64,000 bases of DNA from Truepera sp. (GCA_965218435.1 CBDCKW010000009.1:992001-1056000), one strand, 5' to 3'. Shown: positions 1 through 9,217, counted from the first letter of the stretch. Numbers and translations: made by a program. Notes: a model not told the origin generated them from the letters alone.

Positions 1-1
1 G

Positions 2-1045
2 AGCATCCCGACCTGCATCATGGTCTTCAAGAAGTGCCGCGAGAACCCCGAGAACATCCTCTTTATCGACGCCAGCGCCCACTTTGAAAAGGCGAGCAAC
101 CAGAACTATCTGCGTGACGCGGACGTGGAGAAGATTGTCAGCACCTACCGGGAGCGCAAAGCAGAGCCCAGGTACAGCCATGTTGCGCCCTTAAGCGAAA
201 TCGAAGAGAACGACTACAACCTGAACATCCCGCGCTATGTGGACACCTTTGAGGCGGAAGAGCCAATAAATTTAGATGATGTAGTTCTTCTTTTAGACGA
301 TTCTCAAGAGGCATTTGAGGAAGCCGATGCAATCATTGCAAGATTTTGCCGCGAGTTAAATCTCCCTGAACCTAAAGGCGTCAATGTGAGCTTGCTAGAG
401 ACCTACAAGCGCGGCGTGATGCAAAAGCTCTTTTCGCAAGAGGTGCGGTTTAAGAGGGAGGACGGCTCGAGCTTTCCTGATTGGGAAGAAACTACTTTGG
501 GCGAAATTGCAAGTGTACATAAAGGTGGTGGTCTAAGTAGAAGTTCGATTGTGGCAGACGGTTTATATTCTTGTATTCTTTACGGCGAGCTTTTCACAGG
601 TTACTCCGAAGTCATTTACGAGGTAGATTCTAAAACCAACGAAGATTTGGGACTACCTAGCAAATCCGGTGATATTCTCATGCCTACCTCTGATGTGACA
701 CCTAATGGCTTGGCAACCGCAAGTGTAATTATGAAAGACGATGTCAGATTAGGCGGGGACATCAACATTATTAGATTACAAGGTAATCAATCCCCAATAT
801 TTATGTCGTACTTGATAAACTCAAAAAAAGCTGAGATCATTCGTTTGGTAACGGGTACGACTATCAAGCACATCTATGCTAAAGACATCAAAAGCTTAAT
901 TTTGAGCATTCCATCATCTACTCTTGAACAACAAAAAATCGCCGCCTTCCTCTCCGCCATCGACACCAAACTAGACGCCGTAAACGCGCAAATTTCACAG
1001 ACGCAGCACTTCAAAAAGGGTTTACTGCAACAAATGTTTGTCTAG
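2..1045 (+). CDS. hsdM: Type I RM methyltransferase HsdM C-terminus fused in frame to a half HsdS (one TRD plus conserved helices); 5'-partial
   Basis: The frame is open from the window edge (SIPTCIMVFKK...ILFIDAS...NDYNLNIPRYVDTFE, typical HsdM C-terminus). It continues without a stop into HsdS motifs: YKRGVMQKLFSQEVRF..FPDWEETTLGEI ... EQQKIAAFLSAID..KKGLLQQMFV. Confidence 0.9.
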   Translation, partial: SIPTCIMVFKKCRENPENILFIDASAHFEKASNQNYLRDADVEKIVSTYRERKAEPRYSHVAPLSEIEENDYNLNIPRYVDTFEAEEPINLDDVVLLLDDSQEAFEEADAIIARFCRELNLPEPKGVNVSLLETYKRGVMQKLFSQEVRFKREDGSSFPDWEETTLGEIASVHKGGGLSRSSIVADGLYSCILYGELFTGYSEVIYEVDSKTNEDLGLPSKSGDILMPTSDVTPNGLATASVIMKDDVRLGGDINIIRLQGNQSPIFMSYLINSKKAEIIRLVTGTTIKHIYAKDIKSLILSIPSSTLEQQKIAAFLSAIDTKLDAVNAQISQTQHFKKGLLQQMFV

Positions 1046-1091
1046 CTTCAAGCCATACCGACCAATATGACCGATATGCTACGATAGGCGT

Positions 1092-1391
1092 ATGATCAAG
1101 ACCGTCCCGGCAGTCAAAGCAAGGCAACAGTTCGGCAGTTTGCTTAACGAGGTAGAGCTTACTGGGGCGAGTATCGTCATTGAGCGCGACGGCAAACCCA
1201 AAGCGGTGATGGTGTCCGTGGCCCGCTTTGAAGCTTGGGAGAAGCGCCGGGAACAGGCGCTAGAGAACCTGAAAATGCAAGCTGAGCGTAATCAGGCGTT
1301 GCTGGGCGGCGAGGGTGTAAGCTTCGATGCGCTCATGGACGAACTGGTCAGCGCCAGCAAAGACGCCCGCAAAGAAACGGTCAAGCCCTAA
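1092..1391 (+). CDS. Phd/YefM family antitoxin
   Basis: N-terminal ARQQFGSLLNEV..GASIVIERDGKPKAVMVS matches the Phd pattern; directly upstream of a PIN gene. Confidence 0.85.
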   Translation: MIKTVPAVKARQQFGSLLNEVELTGASIVIERDGKPKAVMVSVARFEAWEKRREQALENLKMQAERNQALLGGEGVSFDALMDELVSASKDARKETVKP

Positions 1392-1397
1392 ACGTCT

Positions 1398-1817
1398 GTG
1401 CTGGTCGTTTTAGACACGAATATCCTGATCGCCTTTTCTATCACCAATCGTCCCCCTATTACGCACATCAGAGACGCCTGGTTGACGGGCAAGCTGGACA
1501 TCGCCGTGACCGAAACCCTGATAGAGGAATATACGCGGGTCACAGGTTACAAGCACCTTGCCAGATACTTTGAGGGCGCGGAGCGTCAGGAGCGTATAAG
1601 TGAGCTTTACGATTTCGGTGTCCTGATTGAGATTGCCGAGCCGTACCCCGACGCGCCCGACCTGGATGACCGCTACCTCTTTGCGATGCTTGAGCATCCT
1701 CTGGTGGTGGCGCTGGTTACAGGCGATAAGGCGCTCCTTGGGCTCGAGTCTTTTGGGGGCAAGCCCATCCTCGGCCCTGCGGCGTTTGTGCAGCGAGTTC
1801 TGAATGCGCAGGGCTGA
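1398..1817 (+). CDS. PIN-domain (VapC-like) toxin
   Basis: VVLDTNILI, EEY, DLDDRYL and LVTGDKALL acidic PIN motifs. Confidence 0.85.
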   Translation: MLVVLDTNILIAFSITNRPPITHIRDAWLTGKLDIAVTETLIEEYTRVTGYKHLARYFEGAERQERISELYDFGVLIEIAEPYPDAPDLDDRYLFAMLEHPLVVALVTGDKALLGLESFGGKPILGPAAFVQRVLNAQG

Positions 1818-1867
1818 GGTGTCGGGTTTTTCTGCGGGTTCTCTTCGCCGCTCTGATAGCGTTTAGC

Positions 1868-4729
1868 ATGGTTCAGTCCGAGGCGCAACTAGAAGAGAGT
1901 CTTATAAGTCAGCTCACGGGTTTGGGTTACGAACGGGTAGTCGTTCCGGACGCGGCGGCGCTCGAGCAGAACCTCAAGCGGCAGCTAGAGAAGCACAATG
2001 GGCTCACCCTCTCGAACGGCGAGTTTCAAAAGGTCTTGAACCACCTCAATAAGGGCAACGTCTTCGAGCGGGCCAAGACCCTGCGCGACCGGATGCAGCT
2101 CCCCCGCGACGACGGCAGCACCGCCTACCTTCAGTTCTTAGACAGCGAAAACTGGTGTCAGAACCGCTATCAGGTCACGCACCAGGTCAGCGTAGAGGGG
2201 CGGCACAAGAACCGCTATGACGTGACGCTGCTGATCAACGGCCTGCCCCTGGTGCAGATCGAACTCAAGCGGCGCGGCATGGAGCTTAAAGAGGCGTTCA
2301 ACCAGGTGAACCGCTATCACCGCCACTCCTACCGGGCAGGGAGCGGGCTGTTCCAGTACGTGCAGCTCTTTGTCATCTCGAACGGCGTCAACACCAAGTA
2401 CTACGCGAACAACCGCAAGCAGGACTTTAAGCAGACGTTCTTCTGGGCCGACCGGGAAAACCGGCTCATCACCCAGCTCGACAGGTTTGCCGACGCCTTT
2501 CTGGAGAAATGCCACTTGTCTAAGATGATCTGCAAGTACATCGTCTTGCACGAGTCGGACAAGGTGCTGATGGTCTTGCGCCCCTACCAGTACTTCGCGG
2601 CGGAAGCGCTGGTGGACCGGGTAGCGCACACCCGCAAAAACGGTTACATCTGGCATACGACGGGCTCGGGCAAGACCCTGACGAGCTTCAAGGCGGCGCA
2701 GCTCTTGACGGCCATAGATGGCGTTCACAAGGTGGTCTTCGTCGTTGACCGTGCCGATCTGGACTACCAGACGACAAGGGAGTTCAACTACTTCAGCGAG
2801 GGCAGCGTAGACGGCACCACCAACACCCGCGCTTTGGTCAATCAGCTTGCAGGCAAGAACAAGCTTATCGTCACCACCATTCAAAAGCTCAACACCGCCA
2901 TCAAGTCGAGCCGCCATGAACGGGCGATGGAACGGCTGAAAGACAAGCGGGTCGTGTTTATCTTCGATGAGTGTCACCGCTCGCAGTTTGGCGAGACGCA
3001 TAACGCCATCGTCACCTTCTTCGCTGAGGCGCAGATGTTCGGTTTTACCGGCACGCCTATCTTCGCCGACAACGCCATCAAAAAGCGCACCACCAAGAGC
3101 TTATTCGACGAGTGCTTGCACCGCTACGTCATCACTAACGCCATCAAAGACCAGAACGTCCTCAAGTTCTCGGTCGAGTACTGGGGCAAGCTCAAACGCA
3201 AAGACGGCAGCCTGATCGACGAGCAGGTTGAGAGAATCAACACTAGGGAGGTCTTTGAGCATGAAGAGCGCCTCGAGGGGGTGGTGGACTGGATTATTGA
3301 GAACCACGGGCGCAAAACGCACGGCAAGCAGTTCTCGAGCATCTTCTGCGTCTCGAGCGTCGAGATGCTCATCAAGGTCTACGACATCTTTAAGGCGAAA
3401 AAAGACGCGGGAGAGCACGACCTGCGGGTGATCACCATCTTTACCCCTACCGACAACGAACCCGACGACGACGCGAACGGGCTGATCGGCGACCCTGATA
3501 TGGATGTTGATGCGGCGGACGTGAACAGCCACAGCAAAGACAAGCTCGAAAGCTTTATCGGAGACTACAACGCCATGTACAGCACACAGCACTCGGCAAA
3601 GGACTCAACCGCTTTTTATACCTATTACAAAGACATCGCCAAGCGGATGAAAGAGCGCGACCGTGAGGGCTTTTTAGATGCCGACCGCGCCGACATTTTG
3701 CTGGTCGTCAACATGTTTTTAACCGGCTTCGACGCCAAAAAGCTCAACACCCTCTATGTGGATAAGAACCTGCGTTATCACGGGCTGATTCAAGCCTACT
3801 CACGCACCAACCGCACCTTGGGTGAACTGAAAAGCCAGGGCAATATCGTCTCGTTTCGCAACCTCAAAGACAAGACCGATGAAGCCGTCGCACTCTACTC
3901 CGACGAAAACGCCAACGAGAACGTGCTCTTGGAGCCCTATGAGCACTATGTCGAGCGCTTCAACCAAGGTGTCGTCGCTCTAAAAGCCATCAGCGAAACA
4001 CCGGACGCCGTGAACGACCTCGATAGCGAAGACGAACAGCTCGAGTTTGTTCAAGCTTTTAGAGGGCTCATCCGTGAGCTGAACGTGCTCACTTCGTTTA
4101 CTGAATTTGGCTTTCACGACCTCGAGCTACCTGAACAGCAGTTTGAAGACTTCAAGAGCAAGTACCTGGACATTCACGACCGTTTCAAAACCGGGGGCGG
4201 TGGCGAGGGCACAAGCATCATCGACGATGTGGACTTCGAGCTGGAACTCATTCAACGTGATGAGATCAACGTGGCCTATATCCTCAAGCTACTCGCCAAG
4301 CTTAAGGAGACCGAGACTAAAAAGGGTAAGGGCCAAGCCTACGAGAAGCAGAGGAAGCAAGTCCTTGACACTCTTTCGCAAGAGGTGCAGCTCCGCAGCA
4401 AGCGCGAGCTAATCGAACGGTTTATCGACAAGAACATGCCCGCCTTGCAGCCTGAAGACGACGTGACCGAAGCGTTTAGCATGTACTGGTCGGCTGAGAA
4501 AGACGCCTCACTCGACGCGCTGAGTCAGCAAGAGAAGATTGACCGTGCCGCCGTTGAACGCCTCCTCAGTAACTACCAGTTTTCAGGCAAGGAACCGCTG
4601 CGCGAAGAGGTATTTGCGGCGCTCGAGGCCAAGCCGAAACTTGTAGAGCGCAAGACCGTCTTTGAACGTATCGTCGGCAAGCTGATGGAGATTGTGCAGG
4701 TCTTTGAAGACGATATGGGGGCGGTGTAG
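1868..4729 (+). CDS. hsdR: Type I restriction endonuclease subunit R
   Basis: RYDVTLLINGLPLVQIELK nuclease motif; HTTGSGKT Walker A; DECHRSQ; GFTGTP; LTGFDA; QAYSRTNR. Confidence 0.97.
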   Translation: MVQSEAQLEESLISQLTGLGYERVVVPDAAALEQNLKRQLEKHNGLTLSNGEFQKVLNHLNKGNVFERAKTLRDRMQLPRDDGSTAYLQFLDSENWCQNRYQVTHQVSVEGRHKNRYDVTLLINGLPLVQIELKRRGMELKEAFNQVNRYHRHSYRAGSGLFQYVQLFVISNGVNTKYYANNRKQDFKQTFFWADRENRLITQLDRFADAFLEKCHLSKMICKYIVLHESDKVLMVLRPYQYFAAEALVDRVAHTRKNGYIWHTTGSGKTLTSFKAAQLLTAIDGVHKVVFVVDRADLDYQTTREFNYFSEGSVDGTTNTRALVNQLAGKNKLIVTTIQKLNTAIKSSRHERAMERLKDKRVVFIFDECHRSQFGETHNAIVTFFAEAQMFGFTGTPIFADNAIKKRTTKSLFDECLHRYVITNAIKDQNVLKFSVEYWGKLKRKDGSLIDEQVERINTREVFEHEERLEGVVDWIIENHGRKTHGKQFSSIFCVSSVEMLIKVYDIFKAKKDAGEHDLRVITIFTPTDNEPDDDANGLIGDPDMDVDAADVNSHSKDKLESFIGDYNAMYSTQHSAKDSTAFYTYYKDIAKRMKERDREGFLDADRADILLVVNMFLTGFDAKKLNTLYVDKNLRYHGLIQAYSRTNRTLGELKSQGNIVSFRNLKDKTDEAVALYSDENANENVLLEPYEHYVERFNQGVVALKAISETPDAVNDLDSEDEQLEFVQAFRGLIRELNVLTSFTEFGFHDLELPEQQFEDFKSKYLDIHDRFKTGGGGEGTSIIDDVDFELELIQRDEINVAYILKLLAKLKETETKKGKGQAYEKQRKQVLDTLSQEVQLRSKRELIERFIDKNMPALQPEDDVTEAFSMYWSAEKDASLDALSQQEKIDRAAVERLLSNYQFSGKEPLREEVFAALEAKPKLVERKTVFERIVGKLMEIVQVFEDDMGAV

Positions 4730-5163
4730 GGAGTCACAGCTAGCCCTTCGTATGAACTTAGCCAAACGTAGTGTGCTATCTTCTGCACGTCCAACCGATC
4801 AGTGCGCCAGCTTTAACATCACGGCTGGCGCACTTGAAACGGTGATTTAAGCAGCGTTAGGTAAGACCATCGTTTCAAGGGTTCTAAGCTGATATCGGGC
4901 CAAATCCCACTTGAGCCCAGCGAGTTCAAACGCACACGTTCTTATCACGATAAAACAGGCAGAGCTTTCCTAATCGAACCTTTAACTCCATGAAACTTAA
5001 GCAGCCATTAAGCTTCGCCTCTTAGTATGTTCACATCAAAAGCTTAACGAGAGGAAGGGCCGTAAGCGTCCGTCTAACACACCACCGTCGTGCTGTGAGG
5101 TTTGGGGTGAAAAGGGGCTCACAACACCGTTCAGCGTCCGAGGGACGTAAGGAGGGTTCAAAA

Positions 5164-6408
5164 ATGTTTAAACGCGTTTTGCTGGTCGCAGGACTTATGG
5201 CTCTCGCCGCTTGCTCACAAGCTCCCGTCTCGCCGATTGAACACCTTGACCTTTCAGCCCAACGTTTGGGTACGGCTGCCTATGACTCGGTTGCCGACGT
5301 CGCCGTCGATAGGACGCTAGGGGCCGTTTATGCTATCGGCAGCACGACCGGCTCGCTCGACGGGACCAACCGGGGCGGATCCGACGTGTTTCTCAGACGC
5401 TACAACCGGAACGGCACAGTCGTCTGGAAGCGGCAACTCGGCGGTACCCCGCAAGACACCGCCTTCAGCGTCGCGGTCGCCCCGAACAGCTCGGTTTTTG
5501 CTGGCTATACGCAAACAGAGGGTGCCTACTACGTCGGGGACGGCCTACTTCAGAAGTTCTCCGCCAATGGCGCACGCCTGTGGACGCGCAGATTTAGGGT
5601 TGATGACAACCTTACTGAGGTTACGTCCGTCATTGCCGACCCGAGTGGCAATGTCTTTGTCGGCGGAAGTTTGGGTGGAGCCACCGGAGCCTTTGTCAGA
5701 AAATACTCGGGCTCGGGAGCGGTGCTCTGGACTTATGTGTTTTATGGTAACGGTATTGTTCAAGAGGTCGAAGCTCTGACTACCGACGCTGCTGGGAACG
5801 TCTACGCGGGCGGCAACGACTACGACGATTCCTGGTTTACTAACTTCCTTATCAAGCTGAGCCCCGGCGGCGAGCTGCTATTTTCAACGGAACTCAGCGC
5901 CGGAAGGTCCAGCTTGACGAGTATCTGGGACATGCAGGTAGCAGGTAATACTATCTACGTCGCGGGCTCTAAGACCTACAACTATGAAAACCCTGACAGT
6001 GAGGAGAGAGATGCCTTCGTCGGTAAATACACGCTCGGCGGCGTGCCGCAGTGGCAGAAAACGTTCGGTACCCGAAGCAGTGACAGCGCGTTGGGACTCT
6101 CAGCCGACACGAACGGCAGCTTTTACGTCACGGGTTACACCTGCGGCAGTCTCGGCGGCAGCGTTGATCCAGGTGGCTGCGATGTTTTCTTGCGTAAGTA
6201 TAACGGCAGCGGTGCAGCTCTCTGGACTAAACAGATTGGCTCACCGGGCAACGACTATGGTGAAGCGGTAGCGGCCTACAGCAGCAGTGAACTTTACCTG
6301 GGCGGTGAGGTAGGCGGAGCCCTCGCAGACACCACCTACCGTGGCGGTCAGGACGGCTTCTTGCGCCGCACCGATGGCCAGGGCAACCGGCGTTGGACAG
6401 ACCAGTAG
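5164..6408 (+). CDS. SBBP-repeat beta-propeller lipoprotein
   Basis: RBS AAGGAGG before ATG 5164; lipobox LAAC; repeated D..GNVYxxG...D(V/A)FLRKY...G..LW motifs. Confidence 0.85.
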   Translation: MFKRVLLVAGLMALAACSQAPVSPIEHLDLSAQRLGTAAYDSVADVAVDRTLGAVYAIGSTTGSLDGTNRGGSDVFLRRYNRNGTVVWKRQLGGTPQDTAFSVAVAPNSSVFAGYTQTEGAYYVGDGLLQKFSANGARLWTRRFRVDDNLTEVTSVIADPSGNVFVGGSLGGATGAFVRKYSGSGAVLWTYVFYGNGIVQEVEALTTDAAGNVYAGGNDYDDSWFTNFLIKLSPGGELLFSTELSAGRSSLTSIWDMQVAGNTIYVAGSKTYNYENPDSEERDAFVGKYTLGGVPQWQKTFGTRSSDSALGLSADTNGSFYVTGYTCGSLGGSVDPGGCDVFLRKYNGSGAALWTKQIGSPGNDYGEAVAAYSSSELYLGGEVGGALADTTYRGGQDGFLRRTDGQGNRRWTDQ

Positions 6409-6538
6409 TGGGGATATGTTTAATTGATGCGGTGTGTTGAAAGTTTACCCCCAGGAACGCGCTGTCTGTTACAACACCGCCGTAGAGGCATCCGGTCGGT
6501 TTGTGCCCTTTCTTTTAAGTCTCTACATAGAAACCGAA

Positions 6539-6559
6539 AGCCCCCCGATTTGGGGGGCT
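6539..6559. terminator. Hairpin between convergent genes, probably a bidirectional terminator
   Basis: AGCCCCCC-gattt-GGGGGGCT stem-loop. Confidence 0.6.
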
Positions 6560-6565
6560 CTATCG

Positions 6566-6895
6566 TTATGCTGCCTCGCGGTAGGGTTCAAACAGCCGCA
6601 CGCTGTAACATGCCAAATCCCACTCGAGCCGCGCGAGTTCAAAAGCGCAGCGAGCTTCTATCAGCGCGTCCTCAGCTTCAGCGAGCGCCGCATACTCCGA
6701 ACTCAGCTCGAGCCGTAGCTTAGCTGTCCGCTCCCGTTCGTTCTTACCTTCTACGCCTTCACAGAGCTTGTGTGCTTCACTCAGCTCGAGCCCTCGCTTG
6801 GCTTCAGCGTGAGCAGTGACCGCACCGCATAAGGTGATCTGAGTATCCTCTAAGCCGTTCTTAGCTTGGGTGAGTTGGGATAAGAGAGGGGCCAT
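6566..6895 (-). CDS. Hypothetical coiled-coil protein (third gene of the island's leftward operon)
   Basis: 109-aa ORF with a TAATG overlap with the upstream ORF; helical A/E/L-rich; ends in EAA. Confidence 0.7.
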   Translation of the reverse strand: MAPLLSQLTQAKNGLEDTQITLCGAVTAHAEAKRGLELSEAHKLCEGVEGKNERERTAKLRLELSSEYAALAEAEDALIEARCAFELARLEWDLACYSVRLFEPYREAA

Positions 6896-7062
6896 TAGGC
6901 CGCCTCTCCCCAGAAGTCATAGTCAGGTACTTCGTCTTGAATGATGGGGGGCAGTTCATCGTCTGCCCCGTCGTCTTCAGCTGCCAACTCTGCGTAAAGA
7001 GCTTGTAAGTCCTCTTCACGGTCGCTGTACATCTCGATGTCCACGAAAGTAAAGGGGCTCAT
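6895..7062 (-). CDS. Very acidic 55-aa protein, not in the ORF track; DNA-mimic candidate
   Basis: MSPFTFVDIEMYSDREEDLQALYAELAAEDDGADDELPPIIQDEVPDYDFWGEAA; TAATG overlaps at both ends. Confidence 0.75.
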   Translation of the reverse strand: MSPFTFVDIEMYSDREEDLQALYAELAAEDDGADDELPPIIQDEVPDYDFWGEAA

Positions 7063-7268
7063 TAAAGAGCCCTCGCTGCGACACGTACTGCTGCTTTGAT
7101 GGTGGTGTGCTTAGAGACGCAGTTAAAGCCAGCGTCTAAAACCTCCCAGACGGTGCCCCAAGTCTGAAGCGTGCCGACCGTGACGCCGTTACGCTCGAGG
7201 TCATACGCCTTAACGGGGGTGCGGTAGCTTGCGCCGTCTTGCTTGTGAAGGGTGATGGTATTGTTCAT
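7062..7268 (-). CDS. Hypothetical small phage-like protein
   Basis: 68-aa ORF with a GGAG RBS; first gene of a coupled three-gene operon. Confidence 0.7.
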   Translation of the reverse strand: MNNTITLHKQDGASYRTPVKAYDLERNGVTVGTLQTWGTVWEVLDAGFNCVSKHTTIKAAVRVAARAL

Positions 7269-7339
7269 GTGGAACTCCGTTTCTAGTTAGGGGCTGTACT
7301 TTTGCGGGTCTGCCCTTAACTGCCTCTATACTACCATGC

Positions 7340-7385
7340 GTATGCTAGTAATACAAGGGGTGTAGCAGCTTGGGGTATGCTAGTA
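7340..7385. promoter_or_regulatory. Divergent promoter region with an 11-bp direct repeat (putative operator)
   Basis: GTATGCTAGTA at 7340-7350 and 7375-7385; the second copy overlaps the -10 TAGTAT (7381-7386) of the HTH gene. Confidence 0.6.
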
Positions 7386-7392
7386 TAAAGAC

Positions 7393-7761
7393 ATGGTTAC
7401 TTGGAAACTACGCGAATACTTAGATGCTCATAAGGTCAGCGCCTACGCCCTGACAAAAGCAGCTGACCTAGCCCCCAACACCGTCTACGCGCTGGCGCGT
7501 GGCGACCAGGGCCGGGTAGACCTAGTTGTGTTGGATAAGGTCATTACTGGGCTTGAGCAGCTCACCGGGCAGACGGTCACGTTTAACGACCTACTCGAGC
7601 GCGATACCCAAGACGGCGGCGTGGCGGTTGACGATTCAGAATATGAGTTTCCCGACGGCGTACCCGACGATATACGTGAGCGCATAGAACGCTTTGAGCA
7701 GAGTGATAAAAGGGGTAAGCCGCTCCGAGAGATTGCGGCTAAGTACGGTGTGAAGCGTTGA
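7393..7761 (+). CDS. Xre/Cro-C1 HTH regulator with an antitoxin-like C-terminal extension
   Basis: WKLREYLDAHKVSAYALTKAADLAPNTVYALARG..RVDL HTH; acidic then helical C-terminal tail; 4-nt overlap with a RelE-like gene. Confidence 0.8.
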   Translation: MVTWKLREYLDAHKVSAYALTKAADLAPNTVYALARGDQGRVDLVVLDKVITGLEQLTGQTVTFNDLLERDTQDGGVAVDDSEYEFPDGVPDDIRERIERFEQSDKRGKPLREIAAKYGVKR

Positions 7762-8066
7762 CCTATGAGGTTATTGTGTCGCCTCTAGCTGAAGCCGATT
7801 TAGACGCGATTACCGACATGCGAACCCGTAAAGCAGTCATTCGCAAAACTTTTGACCTTAGTACCGAACCCGACAAGCAAGGCAAGGCGCTAGGCAGAGA
7901 CTTAGGCGATTACCGCGTTGTCAGAGCCGCAGGGCAACGTTACCGAGTGGTGTATCAGATAGCGAGTCTCGAGGGTGTGGTGACGGTCGTGGTGGTGGGT
8001 ATCCGCAAGGAAGGCGACAAGAAAGACGTGTACCGAGTAGCTAGCAAACGGTTAGGAAAGGGGTAA
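7758..8066 (+). CDS. RelE/ParE family toxin
   Basis: YEVIVSPLAEADL...GKALGRDLGDYRVVRAAGQRYRVVY..VVTVVVVGIRKE..VY is a RelE pattern. Confidence 0.88.
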   Translation: MTYEVIVSPLAEADLDAITDMRTRKAVIRKTFDLSTEPDKQGKALGRDLGDYRVVRAAGQRYRVVYQIASLEGVVTVVVVGIRKEGDKKDVYRVASKRLGKG

Positions 8067-8068
8067 AG

Positions 8069-9211
8069 ATGGCGCGTAAACGAGCAGACGGTGAGGGCAC
8101 AATTTCTAAACGACCTGACGGCACCTGGGAAGCTAAAATCAGCTTGGGTTACGACGGTGAGGGTAAACGGAAGCGCAAAACCGTTTACGGACGTACCCAG
8201 GGCGAAGTCCGTGAGAAGATCGAGGTACTTAAACAGCAGGTGTCTAGCGGCACTTACACCGACACAAAACTGACGATAGCGGCTTACCTCGAGCGTTGGC
8301 TAGGGGAGAAGAAGCGTACGCTAAAGCCCTCGACGCTCGAGCAGTACGAGAGCTGTATCAACCGCTCGATTGTGCCGATCATCGGGAGTGCCAAGCTCGA
8401 TAAACTTACCCCTTTGCAGGTGCAAAACCTCGTCAACGGGATATACGATGTTTCGGGAGCGGCAAGGGCGGCAAAGTGTCGAACGGTACTTTTCAGCGCC
8501 TATAAACAGGCAATCCGCTGGCAGCTTGTGACTCGTAACCCTGTAGAGGTGACCGAGCCCGTAAAAGAGCCGCACCGAGAAATGACCTTATGGGAGCCGG
8601 AACAGGCGGCACGGTTTCTCGATGTGGCAAGGGGACACCGGCTCTACGCTTTCTTTTATCTAGGCATGGCCACAGGGTTGCGTCGCGGTGAGTTGTTAGG
8701 GCTGCGCTGGATTGATATAGAAGAGAACCTTTTGCACGTCAAGCAAACGCTTGTGAAGGTGGGGAGTCAGCTCATCCTCTCGACGCCGAAAACCCGTAAG
8801 GGATTTCGCACCGTCGCCTTATCGCCGGACGTACTCGAGGTGCTTCTCTTGCACCGTCAGCGCCAGGACGCCGAGCGTGCTCTACTCGGCGATACCTGGA
8901 AACACCCTGAACTGGTTTTTACCTCCGAGGTCGGGACACCCCTGAACCCTGACAACCTCAAGCGAGTACGCGATTACCTCATGGAGAAAGCCGACGTGCC
9001 CCGTGTCCGCTTGCACGATCTGAGACACCTACACGCTTCCCTCGCAATCAAGGGCGGGATGGACGCCAAGGTGCTAGCCGACCGTCTGGGCCATAGCCGC
9101 GCGTCGTTTACGCTAGACCGCTATACGCACCTTTTTGAATCGCAGAGGGCGCAGAGCGCGGTGTCCTTGCTTGATTTCTTACCTAAGAGCGACCCCGACG
9201 TACTAAACTAA
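8069..9211 (+). CDS. Tyrosine site-specific integrase
   Basis: N-terminal arm-binding domain (RADGEGTI); catalytic motifs TGLRRGELLGL, K(TRK), HDLRH and LGH..FTLDRYTH. Confidence 0.96.
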   Translation: MARKRADGEGTISKRPDGTWEAKISLGYDGEGKRKRKTVYGRTQGEVREKIEVLKQQVSSGTYTDTKLTIAAYLERWLGEKKRTLKPSTLEQYESCINRSIVPIIGSAKLDKLTPLQVQNLVNGIYDVSGAARAAKCRTVLFSAYKQAIRWQLVTRNPVEVTEPVKEPHREMTLWEPEQAARFLDVARGHRLYAFFYLGMATGLRRGELLGLRWIDIEENLLHVKQTLVKVGSQLILSTPKTRKGFRTVALSPDVLEVLLLHRQRQDAERALLGDTWKHPELVFTSEVGTPLNPDNLKRVRDYLMEKADVPRVRLHDLRHLHASLAIKGGMDAKVLADRLGHSRASFTLDRYTHLFESQRAQSAVSLLDFLPKSDPDVLN

Positions 9212-9217
9212 ATCTCG

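Noticed and set aside
2138..3592. Long antisense ORFs within hsdR, and similar ones within P450, ilvB, gltB and murA
   Set aside because: Shadow ORFs expected from GC-rich codon bias; no recognisable motifs.
4789..4862. GTCCAAC...GTTAGGT around a hairpin after hsdR, resembling an attC site
   Set aside because: The L boxes do not pair and the stem is not centred; a plain terminator-like hairpin is more likely.
5040..5160. Leader of the SBBP gene containing TGGGGTGAA, reminiscent of the c-di-AMP riboswitch
   Set aside because: The other conserved ydaO elements are not visible; only a generic hairpin is present.
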